A DNA stretch of 63,976 nt, filler included, from Octopus bimaculoides (taxonomy: Eukaryota), in assembly GCF_001194135.2 (NCBI RefSeq). It is 8 parts of 6 records of this genome, joined end to end, with 100 filler letters (N's around TTAATTAATTAA, not from the genome) between each part and the next. Parts side by side here need not be neighbours in the genome. Positions count along the whole stretch, not along the records: positions 1 to 22,352 come from NC_068993.1; positions 22,453 to 34,201 come from NC_068994.1; 6 more parts are not named here. One strand, given 5' to 3'. The notes beneath the pieces are model-generated. The model saw only the letters and a program-made list of their open reading frames with translations, searched no databases and was not told where the DNA came from. The translations under genes and the position numbers were made by a program. Of this stretch, positions 13,141-25,900 are shown one piece after another (positions within the stretch are counted from its first letter, which is position 1; every line of letters starts with the position of its first letter).

Positions 13141-13436
13141 AATTACAAAAATCAACAAATCGGGTGGGTGGGTGGTCGGGAGAAGAGTTGTAGATGATAC
13201 CACGTCCGCAGAGGACTGTGGTCTATTGTGAGTTCGAAGGAATGGTTTATATTTCTAATTGATTCTGACATTTCCGAAGACAGAATCAGTCAGACTGCCT
13301 CCACGTTGACTGGCGAAGGAACCCCCCACGTGGTTGCTAAAAATAGAAGCCAAATCCCGCTCAAATTGCAGAACGCCGTCTGAAAATAGGAAGGACACGT
13401 TAGACAGAAAATGTGGCAAAAAGTGGACTTTATTTA

Positions 13437-13757
13437 TCTTTTTATAACTTACTTGTTTCACATTGCGGCCATGCTGGGGCACAGGCTTAAAATGTTGAGT
13501 CGAACAAATCGACCCCGGTACTTTATAATAATAATAATAATGATTTCAAATCTTTTGCCACAGGGGCAATTTCGTGGGGGAGGGAATTAAGTCGATTACA
13601 TCGATCCCAGTGCGTATCTGGTACTTATCTTAATCGACCCCCGAAAGGCTGAAAGGCAAAGTCGACCGCGGCGGAATTTGAACTCAGAACGTAACGGCAG
13701 ACGAAATACCGCAGAGAATTTCTCCCGGCGTGCTAACGTTTCTGCCAGCTCGCCGCT
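13437..13757 (-). mobile_element. SINE family B 3' fragment (13437-13522) plus SINE family A (13545-13757)
   Basis: Reverse-complement matches to both families. Confidence 0.8.
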
Positions 13758-13971
13758 TTATATATTTGCTATATATTGGAAGCGAGTGAAGTTAAGGTTC
13801 TGTATGAAATTCTTAAAGAGAAACTTGGTTATGTATCGACTTTTGCGCATTCCTACATACACACACATACATACATACATACATACATACATATGCACAT
13901 CTCTGCCTGTACGTGTATGTTCAAATTCATATATATGTGTGTATACACATATATGGATCTATACATATATA

Positions 13972-14188
13972 TGAGGGGTGCTGAAAAGTTCCTGGCTTTA
14001 AGGGTGTCACGAAAGGCTTGGTTGGAGGCCCAGCATTCCCAGTTCTTTCACAGATCCTAGAAAAACTTGCAGGACCGCTACAATAAGTGTGTGAATCTGA
14101 GAGGGGAATATGTTGAATAAAATCGTTATTAACTGATCCTCCTGTATTTTCTTTTACCCAAAGCCAGGAACTTTTCAGCACGCCTTCG
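13972..14188 (+). mobile_element. Mariner-derived MITE
   Basis: TIRs of about 28 bp (tgaggggtgctgaaaagttcctggcttt / aaagccaggaacttttcagcacgccttcg), TA on both sides, internal C-terminal remnant NKCVNLRGEYVE*. Confidence 0.9.
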
Positions 14189-14697
14189 TATATGTACACA
14201 CGCGCGCACACGCAGACACACACAACAAAACATGAGAGGTTGTTTGTACGCTATTTGTTTACACTATCTTACATACGTTCATTAACATATGGTGATAATT
14301 AATCAAGACAATGAAGATAGTCAGAGTCGTGTAACGTTTGCGTACAATAGTTATGCGTCTCTGACGACTTGTCATTAAATCCTGAATAAGTACTTTACAT
14401 TATGTAACCCAAAATTACTTTATGTTAATGAAATGTACGTAAGACGGTGTAACTAAATATTAGCCATCTCTAATGACTTGCTTTGTTTTCTATATATATT
14501 CTTGGTAACACTAAAACCCAATTTCAGAACGATGGATACAGTTCTAATACACATGCAGTTTTAAATACTGGCTATTTGTCGCTCAATTTAAGATTTAAAT
14601 TGCACTGTACGGCTACATAGATTTATATGCATAAACATACATGCAAACACATTTATTTGTATGTATACATATATTTGTGTGTGTATGTATATCTATC

Positions 14698-14728
<31 letters not shown>

Positions 14729-16498
14729 CGTATATATTTTACACACATCCATACGTAAACATGCATACACACACATACACATATACAACATACGCACGCA
14801 ACTATATGATATATATGCGAGTGTATTCACACACACATACAAACACACATAGAACACCATTATAATAATATTATAAGAATATACAAAAGTGTTTATGGTT
14901 TGAACCGAAACCCTTAATTAATTCATAATTAATTTTAACCTCATTTTATTCCCTCATAATTACAATTAGATAAACATGTAATTGAAGAATTCTACATTAT
15001 CCATGGTGTGAATATGAATTTTCACTCATAGATTCGGTCTGGGTTGTCGCGATACAGCCTCAAACAATAGAAGCCTTTATTCCAAAATGGTTGGTATAGT
15101 GTTTCCATCGCAAGAATATCTTGATGGAACCGTTCTTCTTACTCATCGTTCACACCACCAGAATTTTCTTGAAAGAAATCTAAATGAGACTTTAACAAAT
15201 GCCTTTTTAACGACCTCCAGCAGCATATTCTTCCGCTATTTAAAAATATCTTTAAGTCATTAAGGATGGGCAGTGCCCATCATTATTAGTTAAAAGGCTT
15301 CGGAAATTAGAGTAAGACATCCTTAAATCGGTAGCCTGGCCCGAATGACTGCAGCACATTGTACTCTACTAAAAACACCCAAAGTGTCAGATGAGGGTAT
15401 GAAACACAGCTAGGGTATGGCAGGATTGGACTCAGAACATACGAGAGAAAAAACTGACTTTCCATCGGTTACGACAACGTGTGTTCCAGTTGATCCAATC
15501 AACGGAAAAACCTACTGAATCTCCCTGAGAACTGCTTTAAGGGAACGCATGTCTGTCAAGTGCTCAGCCACTTGCACGTTAATTTCATGAGCCGTCTTTT
15601 CCGCTTATCGGGTCAACTGTAACACTTGCCGTAGTAACCGACGGAAGACCAATTTTAAAGGTCGGAGATAACAAATTGCTGGAGCCCTCATTGACCTTCA
15701 TAAGGGCTGAAGGTATGTGACTCACATCCACCTATTTCCCCGAATTTTAAGGGCTTTACTTGGGAGCCTAGTGTTTGCTCAAGATACTGACTTGTCTTCA
15801 GAAGGAAGAAGTTACTTTATGACCCTGTCACAGAGAGACTTCAAGAAGTGTCCCCCCTTTCATCGTACCCTATAAAACATGAGTTGTTCCATATAACGTC
15901 ATCAGCCAACGAGATTGACTCTACTTAATTACTCGATCTTCTAGAAATAACAGTCAAACACTAACGTCGTAATAATATAAAAATGGTGGTGATACTAGAT
16001 AATGTAATTCTAGAATGAACTTGTTTGACGATAGCTTGGATTCGTCAGACTTAACCGACAACAACAAGACATGAACAACGCCAACAACGACGACAACAAC
16101 GAGAACAACACCAACAAAAGTCTCGCCTTCTCGTCAATCAGTTTGTATCTTAAAGATCGTAGTTAATTTTTGGTCCAATCCTTCTTCCACAGAAACCCCT
16201 ACTGGTCAACATTTTCTTTTAAAATTTTCTTTCTCAGGAGATCAACATTTAAAAATTTAAGTCGAGCATTAACCGCTTCAAACTCAGGTTTCTGGGACGG
16301 TGCTGTAAGGACCGACAAAACAACACTAGCAGATACACACTTGCGCAAAATACATAATTGCAATCATGCATGTTATAAGCGTACGCATACACACAAACGC
16401 ACGGAGAGACACCCATTCATATATACCTATACACAAATCCCTTCACTATATATATATAAACAAATATTTTCCCTTTGCGCTATACACACACACACACG

Positions 16499-16529
<31 letters not shown>

Positions 16530-17800
16530 GCACATATATTTATGCACACATATACACACATATATCGGTTAAGAGATAAACACATTTTGGCCGACATATA
16601 CATACGCATACAAAAATTATACACGTACATACATCTAAATATATTACACATACACAATACACATATAAAAACTAAACACACAGGTTGAATTAACATGAAA
16701 AACAAGCAGACGACATCTTCAAAGCATATTTCCTCACACGTTTTCTCTCCCTTACAATCGTCTGCTTATCTTTCATTCATTATTTCCGTCGCTAACAACC
16801 ATTCTTACGTCTCCACTCCTGGCTTCATCTTAGTCTTCACAGCGAAAGATGGCGTCTAACTAAATAAGTCTGACATGTTTAAATCACTTTGTAACAAGGA
16901 GATATTATTTACTACAACTTATCTCCTCTTTTTTTTTCATCATCATCTCCTACCCTCATCCTTTTTCTTCCCCCTACTCCTTCGTCATCAACTTTATCGT
17001 CATCGTTTTCATAATCATCACCACCACCTTTACCGTCATCATCATTGTTATTGTTTTCTTTACTGAAATTATTTTGTTAAAAGCTTTCATGTTTTGTGTG
17101 TGTGTGTGCATACAGCCTCCGTCAGTGAAGTCTGAGGAACCATCTTAACGTGTATGAGCCAATCTGTGCAAGCGTTTCTTTCTCTCTTATTCTTTTTTTT
17201 TTGTCTTTTTGTTCTGTTCTAGGACCAGAATTTATCTAAGGAAAAGGCCACCACCAACCTGGACCCTTATACATCTTTGGAACCACTGTCATCGCAGATA
17301 GTGCTGTCAGAACGCAAAAAAGCAAGAGGGATCGCAGGGGCACTGCCCCTCTCACCCAGAACAGGTCAGGCATGGGGCTATGCGTTTTTGCAGCGCGTCG
17401 CTGCACAGTACATTTATCGGTGATACTTTCCTGTTGGCAGATAATGCTTCTGCACCACTCAGGGGACAACCCTCCAGCCTAGGGGCCTGTTTGGCTAGCT
17501 TATTTTTTCTGTTGAGGGTTTTACGAGGTCGGAGTGCAAATCCTAAGACAACGTCTTTTAGTCCTCTTGTACGACATGCAGAGAAAACGTCGGGTCTGTT
17601 CTTTGGTACGCTGGTTCCCAAAAGTTCTGTCAATCTCCTTCACAGGATTGATAGGCTTTTGTTGGACCCCGGAAGGATGAGAGGCAAACTTGATCTCAGT
17701 GTCATTTGAACTCAGAGCAGAGAGAGTCGAAATCATTCAAATTATTCAACACTATAACGATTCTATCAATTTGTGCGCGCACAAATATAGACACACACGC

Positions 17801-17831
<31 letters not shown>

Positions 17832-18311
17832 NNNNNNNNNNNNNNNNNNNNNNNNNNNNNNNNNNNNNNNNNNNNNNNNNNNNNNNNNNNNNNNNNNNNN
17901 NNNNNNNNNNNNNNNNNNNNNNNNNNNNNNNNNNNNNNNNNNNNNNNNNNNNNNNNNNNNNNNNNNNNNNNNNNNNNNNNNNNNNNNNNNNNNNNNNNNN
18001 NNNNNNNNNNNNNNNNNNNNNNNNNNNNNNNNNNNNNNNNNNNNNNNNNNNNNNNNNNNNNNNNNNNNNNNNNNNNNNNNNNNNNNNNNNNNNNNNNNNN
18101 NNNNNNNNNNNNNNNNNNNNNNNNNNNNNNNNNNNNNNNNNNNNNNNNNNNNNNNNNNNNNNNNNNNNNNNNNNNNNNNNNNNNNNNNNNNNNNNNNNNN
18201 NNNNNNNNNNNNNNNNNNNNNNNNNNNNNNNNNNNNNNNNNNNNNNNNNNNNNNNNNNNNNNNNNNNNNNNNNNNNNNNNNNNNNNNNNNNNNNNNNNNN
18301 NNNNNNNNNNN

Positions 18312-18367
<56 letters not shown>

Positions 18368-18864
18368 CACACATACATATAGATCCCGGAAAGACAGGAT
18401 GGTCATGACTGGAATGCCTTTGATCACCGGTTTGCTTGATCAACGTTGATTTGTGGCTACTCACCAACGTCAGAAACAACAACGATTACAACAACAACAA
18501 CAACAACAGCAACAACAAAAACATCATAAAAAATATTTCTTTCAGAAATTTTAATTTGAGCCAAAACTGTTTACTTTCAACGTTTTTGGTTTATTTGGTA
18601 TTTTTTTCTTTATAATAATTTTAACAATTTACGCAACACCTCTCCCCCTCCCCATAAATTATCGATTTAATCTCAAACTGGTGTGACGTCATCAGCTAAC
18701 ATCTAATTAGCGTCATAATCACACGCCAGCTTTGTTGTGAATTGGCAACAAAACTAACTCATACGGTTGTGTGTTCTCGCATTTCATCTTTCTTAAAATT
18801 TACCGATTTTTGCCTTCGTTTTCAATCTTGTTTTATATATACATACATACATACACACACACAT

Positions 18865-18896
<32 letters not shown>

Positions 18897-18901
<5 letters not shown>

Positions 18902-19208
18902 GCTGTGTGGTAAGTAGCTTGCTTACCAACCACATGGTTTCGGATTCATTCCCACTGCGTGGCACTTCGGCCAAGTGTCTTCTACTATAGCTTCGGGCCG
19001 ACCAAAGCCTTGTGAGTAGATTTGGTAGATGGAAACTGAAAGAAGCCGATGCTGGTGTGTTTACGTCCCCGTAATTTAGCAGTTCAGCTAAAGAGAACCG
19101 ATAGAATAAGTACCAGGCTTACAAAGAGTAAGTGTTGGGGTCGATTTGTTCGACTGAAAGTCGGTGCTCCAGCATGGCCACAGTCAAACGACTGAAACAA
19201 GTAAAAGA
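18897..19208 (+). mobile_element. SINE family B (tRNA head, CORE-like ccttgggcaagtgtctt), internally deleted
   Basis: ggctgtgtggtaagtagcttgcttaccaaccacatgg...ccagcatggccacagtcaaacgactgaaacaag. Confidence 0.85.
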
Positions 19209-19714
19209 ATGTCGCTCTTTCATCGCAGTGCCCTTCACTTGGTTGTTCGTCATCATGAACATCATCATCATCATCATCATCATGAACATCATCATCATCA
19301 TTATTGTCGTCATCATCAGTATCATCTTTTCCATCAGTGCTACCGTCATCATCATCATCATCATCGTCATCATCGCCATCATCATAGCGATCAGATTACT
19401 TACAGGCGAATTTATCCACCTCTAATTAAAACTCTTTCACAAATCGATAGGCATGTCTACTTAATTATTAATTAGCGAGTTAATTAACCTAACTATACTA
19501 CATATGTTGTATGAAATCTATTTCCTTATTACTGCTACTGTAATTAAACTAGAGGGCATATTTCATATTTGAACAAAAAATTTCAAATAAAATCTTAATT
19601 TGCAGTTGACTTAGTTCGAACCCAGAACGTCCTCAACTAATCAACGTCTACTTATCTACCTAGTCTATCTGTCTATCAACTCGTCTGTGATTGCGTGTGT
19701 GAGGGCTGGGTATG

Positions 19715-19975
19715 GGTGGGGGGCAAGAACGCATGCTTTTGTGGTTAGGCTGTGACACTCACGATCGCGAGATCGGAGTTTCAATTCCTAGACCGGATGG
19801 TGCGTTTTGTGCTTGAGCAAAACACTTCGTCTCGCGTTGCTCTGCGGCCAATTCGACACCTGACGCGTGGCACACCGTGGCACCTGTTCGGCTAACGTCG
19901 ATTTGATGGATGGAGTGGACTAATGAGCGGCACGAACATTTGATCACTATAAACGAATCATTTGTGAAGATCGTT
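19715..19975 (+). mobile_element. Further tRNA-derived SINE (central domain gcgttttgtgcttgagcaaaacactt)
   Basis: A-box-like gtggttagg, B-box-like gagtttcaattcc, central domain resembling conserved V/Meta/CORE-like SINE domains. Related minus-strand pieces at about 20200-20335 and 31890-31930. Confidence 0.6.
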
Positions 19976-21002
19976 AGGCCAGAAATTGCAGAACCATCTT
20001 CCTCCTTTATCGGACTACAAATGACTACCATCAAATTTACGAGCGAGTTTGATTTCATCGCATGTACCATGCCACCGTCAGTTGCTTGGGATACCACCTC
20101 TGTAGTTGCGAGAAAATATAGATACCCTCTTGGCCTTTCCGCCCCTTGATTCAGTGATACAACCAAGATGTGAGCGATTGAGTGAGAGAGGAATGTTCCG
20201 GCACTCAACTTATTCTCCTTTTTCAGCTAAGTAGACTGGAGCAACGCGGATATAGCAGAAGATACTTGCTCAGAATGCCTGTACCCTAAACCTCAGTTTG
20301 GAATCGAACTTCCTAACTACAGAATCATGCAAAGAAAGAAGTTACTCTGCCGAGTTTGCATGTCCACTGGGGCAGGATTTAATCCAATTACCGTAGAATT
20401 TTGAAGCGGCTGAGAGCACAAGAAACACTGAAGCCCCATGAAGAGAATGCCAGTCCGCCTCAGACTGTCTCTTTGATCTGTTGTTACTGATATTCTCGTC
20501 CTCGGCTGAGTGAAGGGAAAAAGCGTGAAACGATGTGTCTTGCTTAAGGAAACATCGCGCCGCTCGGTTCCAAAATGGAACCAACGATTTTGTGATGGTG
20601 CGGCTAACCCACTTGTCTCTGAGCCGACGCCATTTTAAAATATGATGTTTCTAGTCGATATTTTCAAATTGCGTGTATCTTGTTGACGTTTTCGGTGTTT
20701 TTCTAATCAATATTTTGAGATTAGGAAAATTGCATAACACATTACAGAACAAGCGAATTAATTAATTCTAATTGCAAAAACAAAAATATTTTCAGCCTAA
20801 CTCGAAAACTATCATCGCAAACTAATTATCAAATTTACATAACAAGATGGAGCGTTCGGGATATTGACTGATACATAAACAGTTTGACTGTGATAACATA
20901 CAAGTTGATGAGACCCTTTTAGTTTGAAATAACGATCGTTCAATTTATTAACCTCCATTTTTCTTCTAGCCGTTATAGCCACAAAACTGTTCTCAAGCTG
21001 TG

Positions 21003-21041
<39 letters not shown>

Positions 21042-22292
21042 AAGCTATTAAAATGAGAGGTGAGAAGCAAAGAGTGTTTTAGTACTTCTGTAAAGGTTAC
21101 AGCTGTTTCATAATCTACTGAAACCATTTCATAAGCTGTGGTGCTTACGACGGTCTGTTACTAAACGCCTCATATATTATTGTGATAGGAAGTGAAATAC
21201 TTAGCGTTCTTTCCTTTTCTTTTTTTCGCTTTGTAGAATTTCCACAGGTCCCACTTCACAAAAATTAACTAATGTTTAATTAAAGCATTAAGCTATATTT
21301 TCTTTTTATTCTGTCAAAGCATAGGCAGGGATAATTTCTAAAAGGACATTCAACGAAAGAAGGAAAGAGCTACAATTGGAAATACTAATAGCCATAGCTG
21401 TGAAGAATGTGTTCACAGAGGGCGTCATTTGCTGACTCAATCCGTCCAGCAAATATCTTGTGTTCCAATGGACGCAGTACAAGATATTACTAAGTCTATC
21501 GCAATCATTGATATCAAATTGTCTTTCACAAGTTTTCCTATCTTCGGTATAGTATTCTCTTTTACACTCTTAGAAAAATAGATAGACAGACGATATTTAC
21601 ATCGTGGTTCTGTATAATTCTGTTGTACTCAAACTGGGCGCTATTGTTCCTTGCAGGCAATTGAATTAGGCGGGAAAGAAAATGAAAGCGCTGGACGAAG
21701 AACGAAGAAGATGGAGTGAAAATATTAGTATCTTCGACTCCATTCGACCATCCAAACATCCATCCATCTTTCAATATATCTGGCTATCTTTCTAGCCAAC
21801 TTACCACCATTTAGCCATCTATCCATCCATCTACGGTAATAAGAATTCACTGAACTGTAAAGTAGTCAGGATATTAGCAACGCAAGTGAGGTGGAATAAT
21901 CGTAATTGGGAATGGAATTCGCAACGTAAATTCGAAGTTGGTTGGCCGCGAGCTTACTAAGTTGGTTCTCGCTTGCGTAGTATGGAAGTACAGAATTGTA
22001 TGTGATTGCATATATTTTATGATACTACACACACACACACACACACATACATATATACACAAACATACACACCTGCCTATGTACAGGATATGTGGATGTT
22101 CTTGTGAGTGTGTACATATGAGTATAAACACACACACACATACATACATACATACATACAACAATCAATTGCTAATCAATTTTTTCTACAATTCACGAAT
22201 ATTTACATTATATGTACGATTTATACATGTATACATACACACATATACAGACATATACAAATACACATGCAGTCGTTTATAAATACATGCAC

Positions 22293-22352
<60 letters not shown>

Positions 22353-22452
22353 NNNNNNNNNNNNNNNNNNNNNNNNNNNNNNNNNNNNNNNNNNNNTTAA
22401 TTAATTAANNNNNNNNNNNNNNNNNNNNNNNNNNNNNNNNNNNNNNNNNNNN
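22353..22452. other. Artificial scaffold linker 1
   Basis: 44 N + TTAATTAATTAA + 44 N. Confidence 0.95.
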
Positions 22453-23099
22453 TGTATTTTTTTTGCATATTTTGAAAGAAAAAAATTCTGAAAAAAGTTA
22501 AAAATGAAGGAAATGGGGGTGGAGGAGTGGTAATTTAGAAATGTCGATTTTTGCCAATTTTTTTGAAGATTTGTATTCCCTGTAGCTGAAAAGGGGTGTC
22601 GAAAAAAAAAAGATTTTTAAAGGGTGGTTTTTTTTGGGGGAGGGACAGAAGTCTTGCCAAAGGGGAAATGCATTTCCAGAAGATATTAATTAATAATTAA
22701 TAAATAGAGGCGTAAGTTTGTTTTTATGAATTAAAAAAAACCCCCATGTGTTAAAGAAGTTCCTAGGTTGAAAAATTCAATAACAAGTTTATGAATAACT
22801 ATATACACATGTACAAAATACATACACACTTTCATAAAAAAAAGCATATTATTCCACCATTGGTATTCGAGTACTATTTTTTTTTCCACCTTGTTTTGCA
22901 TTTATGTACTTACTTGTGTATGTATACACACACACACATATGTACACTGACAAGGGAGATAACTGTCTGCTGTTTATATTAATTTTTAATATACACACTA
23001 GCATTTTGCTAAATCAGTCATAAATTTTTATGGCAAAAATATATAAACTGGCAGATGAAATTAGCCAAACCATTGATTGAGTAGTTACTACTAATGATA

Positions 23100-23760
23100 C
23101 TTACAAAACAGGTGAAACTAGTCTAGTCTAGTCTAGTGATTCTAGAGATGGTTATGGGGCCTTGGTGAACATGAGGTTGGTCACAGATCTGTTGGCGTCA
23201 CCTCTTTGTACATCAAAATCCTGCTGCACAATGACATCAATGATAACATTAAACAGGAGAGGGGAGGCCACATCTTCTTGTTGAATGCCTGTCCTGATGG
23301 CGAACTCCTCAGACAAGGTGTCTCTGATCTGGACCAGGCTGGTTGAATCAACATAGGCCAAATGTAAGAGTGCAATGATCTTCTAAAGCACTTGCTCAAT
23401 TTCCAACGATCTCCACAGGGTGGTTTAGTTGATGCAGTCAAAGGTGGATTTTAAGTTGATGAATACAAACACTGTCCACTGCTCACAGGGTATTTGTTCT
23501 TCCATCAGCTGATGAAGGGCAAAGATGTGGTCACAACATTTGCACCCAGGTTGGAAACCAGCTTGTTCTTATCTGCTGCTCTACTCATTATACTTTTGAA
23601 GCAGCACCTGAATGATCTTCATAAAGACCTTCCCACCAATGGAGAGTATGTTAATACCCTGGTAGTTTTTGCATTACTTGCTGTCACCTTTCTTATGGAT
23701 GGAAATAATAGCCTTCTTCAATCTTGAAGATAAGCTGTCTGATTGCCATATGAGTGATCA
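23100..23760 (-). mobile_element. RTE-clade LINE reverse transcriptase fragment
   Basis: Minus-strand YQGINILSIGGKVFMKII, EQAGFQPGCKCCDHIFALHQLMEE and RTGIQQEDVASPLLFNVIID. Confidence 0.85.
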
Positions 23761-24769
23761 AACAATAAGACAAGAAGACATGAACACACATACATAAATA
23801 TACAAGGCTAATGTGCTCAGCCAGGATGTTGGTGGGGAATTGTTGTCCCTTTGGCATCAAGTTGCAGTATTCAGCAACATTAGTTCATTAGTTTGTAGTG
23901 ATAGCATGAGTGCTCTTGAACTTTAGCTGCCACATTGTAGCTTTTCACTTTTAACTACACATTTTGGTTCACCACATGATGGTCAGATCCATTTAGTTTT
24001 ACTTGAACTACCCACATCTTTAACATGATGCACTAGCCTAGAATCTGTTTGTCAGTTATAAAATCAGAAGTTCTGACCCGCTAAGTTCTTGAGGGAGGAG
24101 AGTTTTGCTATGAGTGACCTAGGGCCTTGACGTAAAAACAATTTTGATTTCAATTTGCAGTTTTCAGTTCGAACAGATTTCAAACCAGAATCCTTGACAT
24201 TATGCTTAGTGTTCTACCAACCTTTGAATAGAAGTAACTAGAATTGTTATGATACTGTATTTCAGGTTTTTCTTTAACATCTATTCTACATTTTGATGAA
24301 CATTTAAATGTATATAATGTTTTGATGATGATGACAATTGAAATGACTTACCAGTTTGCTTTATCAAATTTCTGAAGTTGAAATAAATGTTTCCTTGTGG
24401 TCTATTGCAATTTGTCTCTGACTTCATTTATTATTATTCATTTTGAATTCGTTTAACAGACCTGCAATTCATACATCCACATACATACTTATGGCCACAA
24501 GTTCATTGAATTTGGTAACATACAGGGTCGGGTGGGGGTGTTGTCACAGGTTAGTGGAGTATAGTGGCAGCAGTCTTTACATGGGAGAAACCAGATTTGA
24601 CGGTGTTAGGTTAAAATGAGGTGATTGACATAGGTAAGGTCTGTAGTCTGTATGAATGACAGGGATTAAATATCTGTTCTTGGATGTGGGGTAGTCAGGC
24701 CTAGGGTGGTACATCTGAACTGTTAGCTGCCAATGGCTTGAAGTTCATTAATAAGGTATACTTCTAGTG

Positions 24770-25900
24770 GCAATAGTATGATAGTTCATTCTTCCTGTTG
24801 ATGGATACTGCACGTTGATAGAGTGTGTAATTTCTTATGGAGAGAAAATTGGCAATTGCAAGTTCCAAGTGAATAACAGGTATCAATGATATCTCATTTG
24901 ATGTTGGGGAAGTCATTCTGATGAAGCAGTACAGGGAGGTGGAATTTACTCTATCCCTACCTCTGTAGGAGTGCTTATGCTGTGTATACCTTCCTTTAAA
25001 ATATTGGCCATTATACTACAGTGTCTTGTGTTGCCATTGGATGGTGTGAGGGTGACTGTATAAACTACAGCCTTTGAAATGCAGGATTCTCCCAAGGGGT
25101 AGTTGGTAGGACTTCAGAAGTTACAAGATGGGGTTTGAATCGGAGACTATGTGTGTTTGTATATACTGTGATATTTGTTGCAATGTTGTCTAACTGAGAG
25201 TAACTGACCATAACATTGTGTGGGTCGAAGAATCTATAATATTTGTGAATTCTAGAGGGATGTAGGATTATTTTACTCTTTCGAACTCCCTTCAGGTTCG
25301 GGGATGGTGGGTGGCCCTGTTGAAAATCTGTTCACTGATACTTTAGATATTTTTCTACTTATGTCTGTGACTAGGTTTTTAATTACAGCTGTGGGGTAGT
25401 GATAGTGGTTCGAGTTTCAATGGATGTTAACAGTTTCCTTATTGTCAAATTGGTTGTAACTGTAGGCTGAATTCTTTGAAGATTAACAAATCCTTCTTGA
25501 ACTTGTTCAAGGTGTGGCTGTTCCTATGGCTTGTGATTGTCAATCCATCATCCCTATAGAGGGCCAAGCTATGGGGATGTGTGTGTGCTCTTCTTTAGGG
25601 TATCCAGGATAAATAACTCAATGAGGTCAACAATCTCAGCACTGCTGCAGCTCCCCATAGATACATTGAACAGTAGGTCACCTTCCCTCTTTCCCAAGCA
25701 TGAACGAATATTGAATTTTTAGCATTTGTGAAGATTCTGATATCCATGTCACTGATTTTAGTGAATTGCCTACCAAAGTCTAAAGCCTTCAGAAGGAGGG
25801 ATTTTGATACTGAAGAATAGAAATCTAGGATATCATACTGGACTTGCAGGCTGCTTTATTCTCAATGCCACAGAACAAGACAATTATTGCTGTGCTACAA
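24770..25900 (-). mobile_element. Penelope-like element fossil with RT and GIY-YIG endonuclease remnants
   Basis: YDILDFYSSVSKSLL, MGSCSSAEIVDLIELFILD and LYRDDGLT (RT); LGESCISKAVVY, FKGRYTQHKHSY and INRKNEL (endonuclease region). Confidence 0.85.

Noticed and set aside
14315-14375. CTGACGA within a weak hairpin as a hammerhead
   Set aside because: No downstream helix II or GAAA.
21640-21780. Acceptor ttgttccttgcag followed by purine-rich sequence
   Set aside because: No convincing donor, short frames and no recognisable protein.
22397-22408. TTAATTAATTAA as a biological motif (for example a homeodomain or PacI site)
   Set aside because: Always centred in exactly 44+44 Ns, seven times, so it is an assembly linker.
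22453-22790. Homopolymer-rich stretch next to linker 1
   Set aside because: Resembles low-quality read end sequence and has no interpretable structure.
24352-24461. AG/GTAAGT-flanked minus-strand segment as the next EXOC4 exon
   Set aside because: Early stops in all three frames and no similarity to the EXOC4 C-terminus. It overlaps a probable Penelope 3' region.
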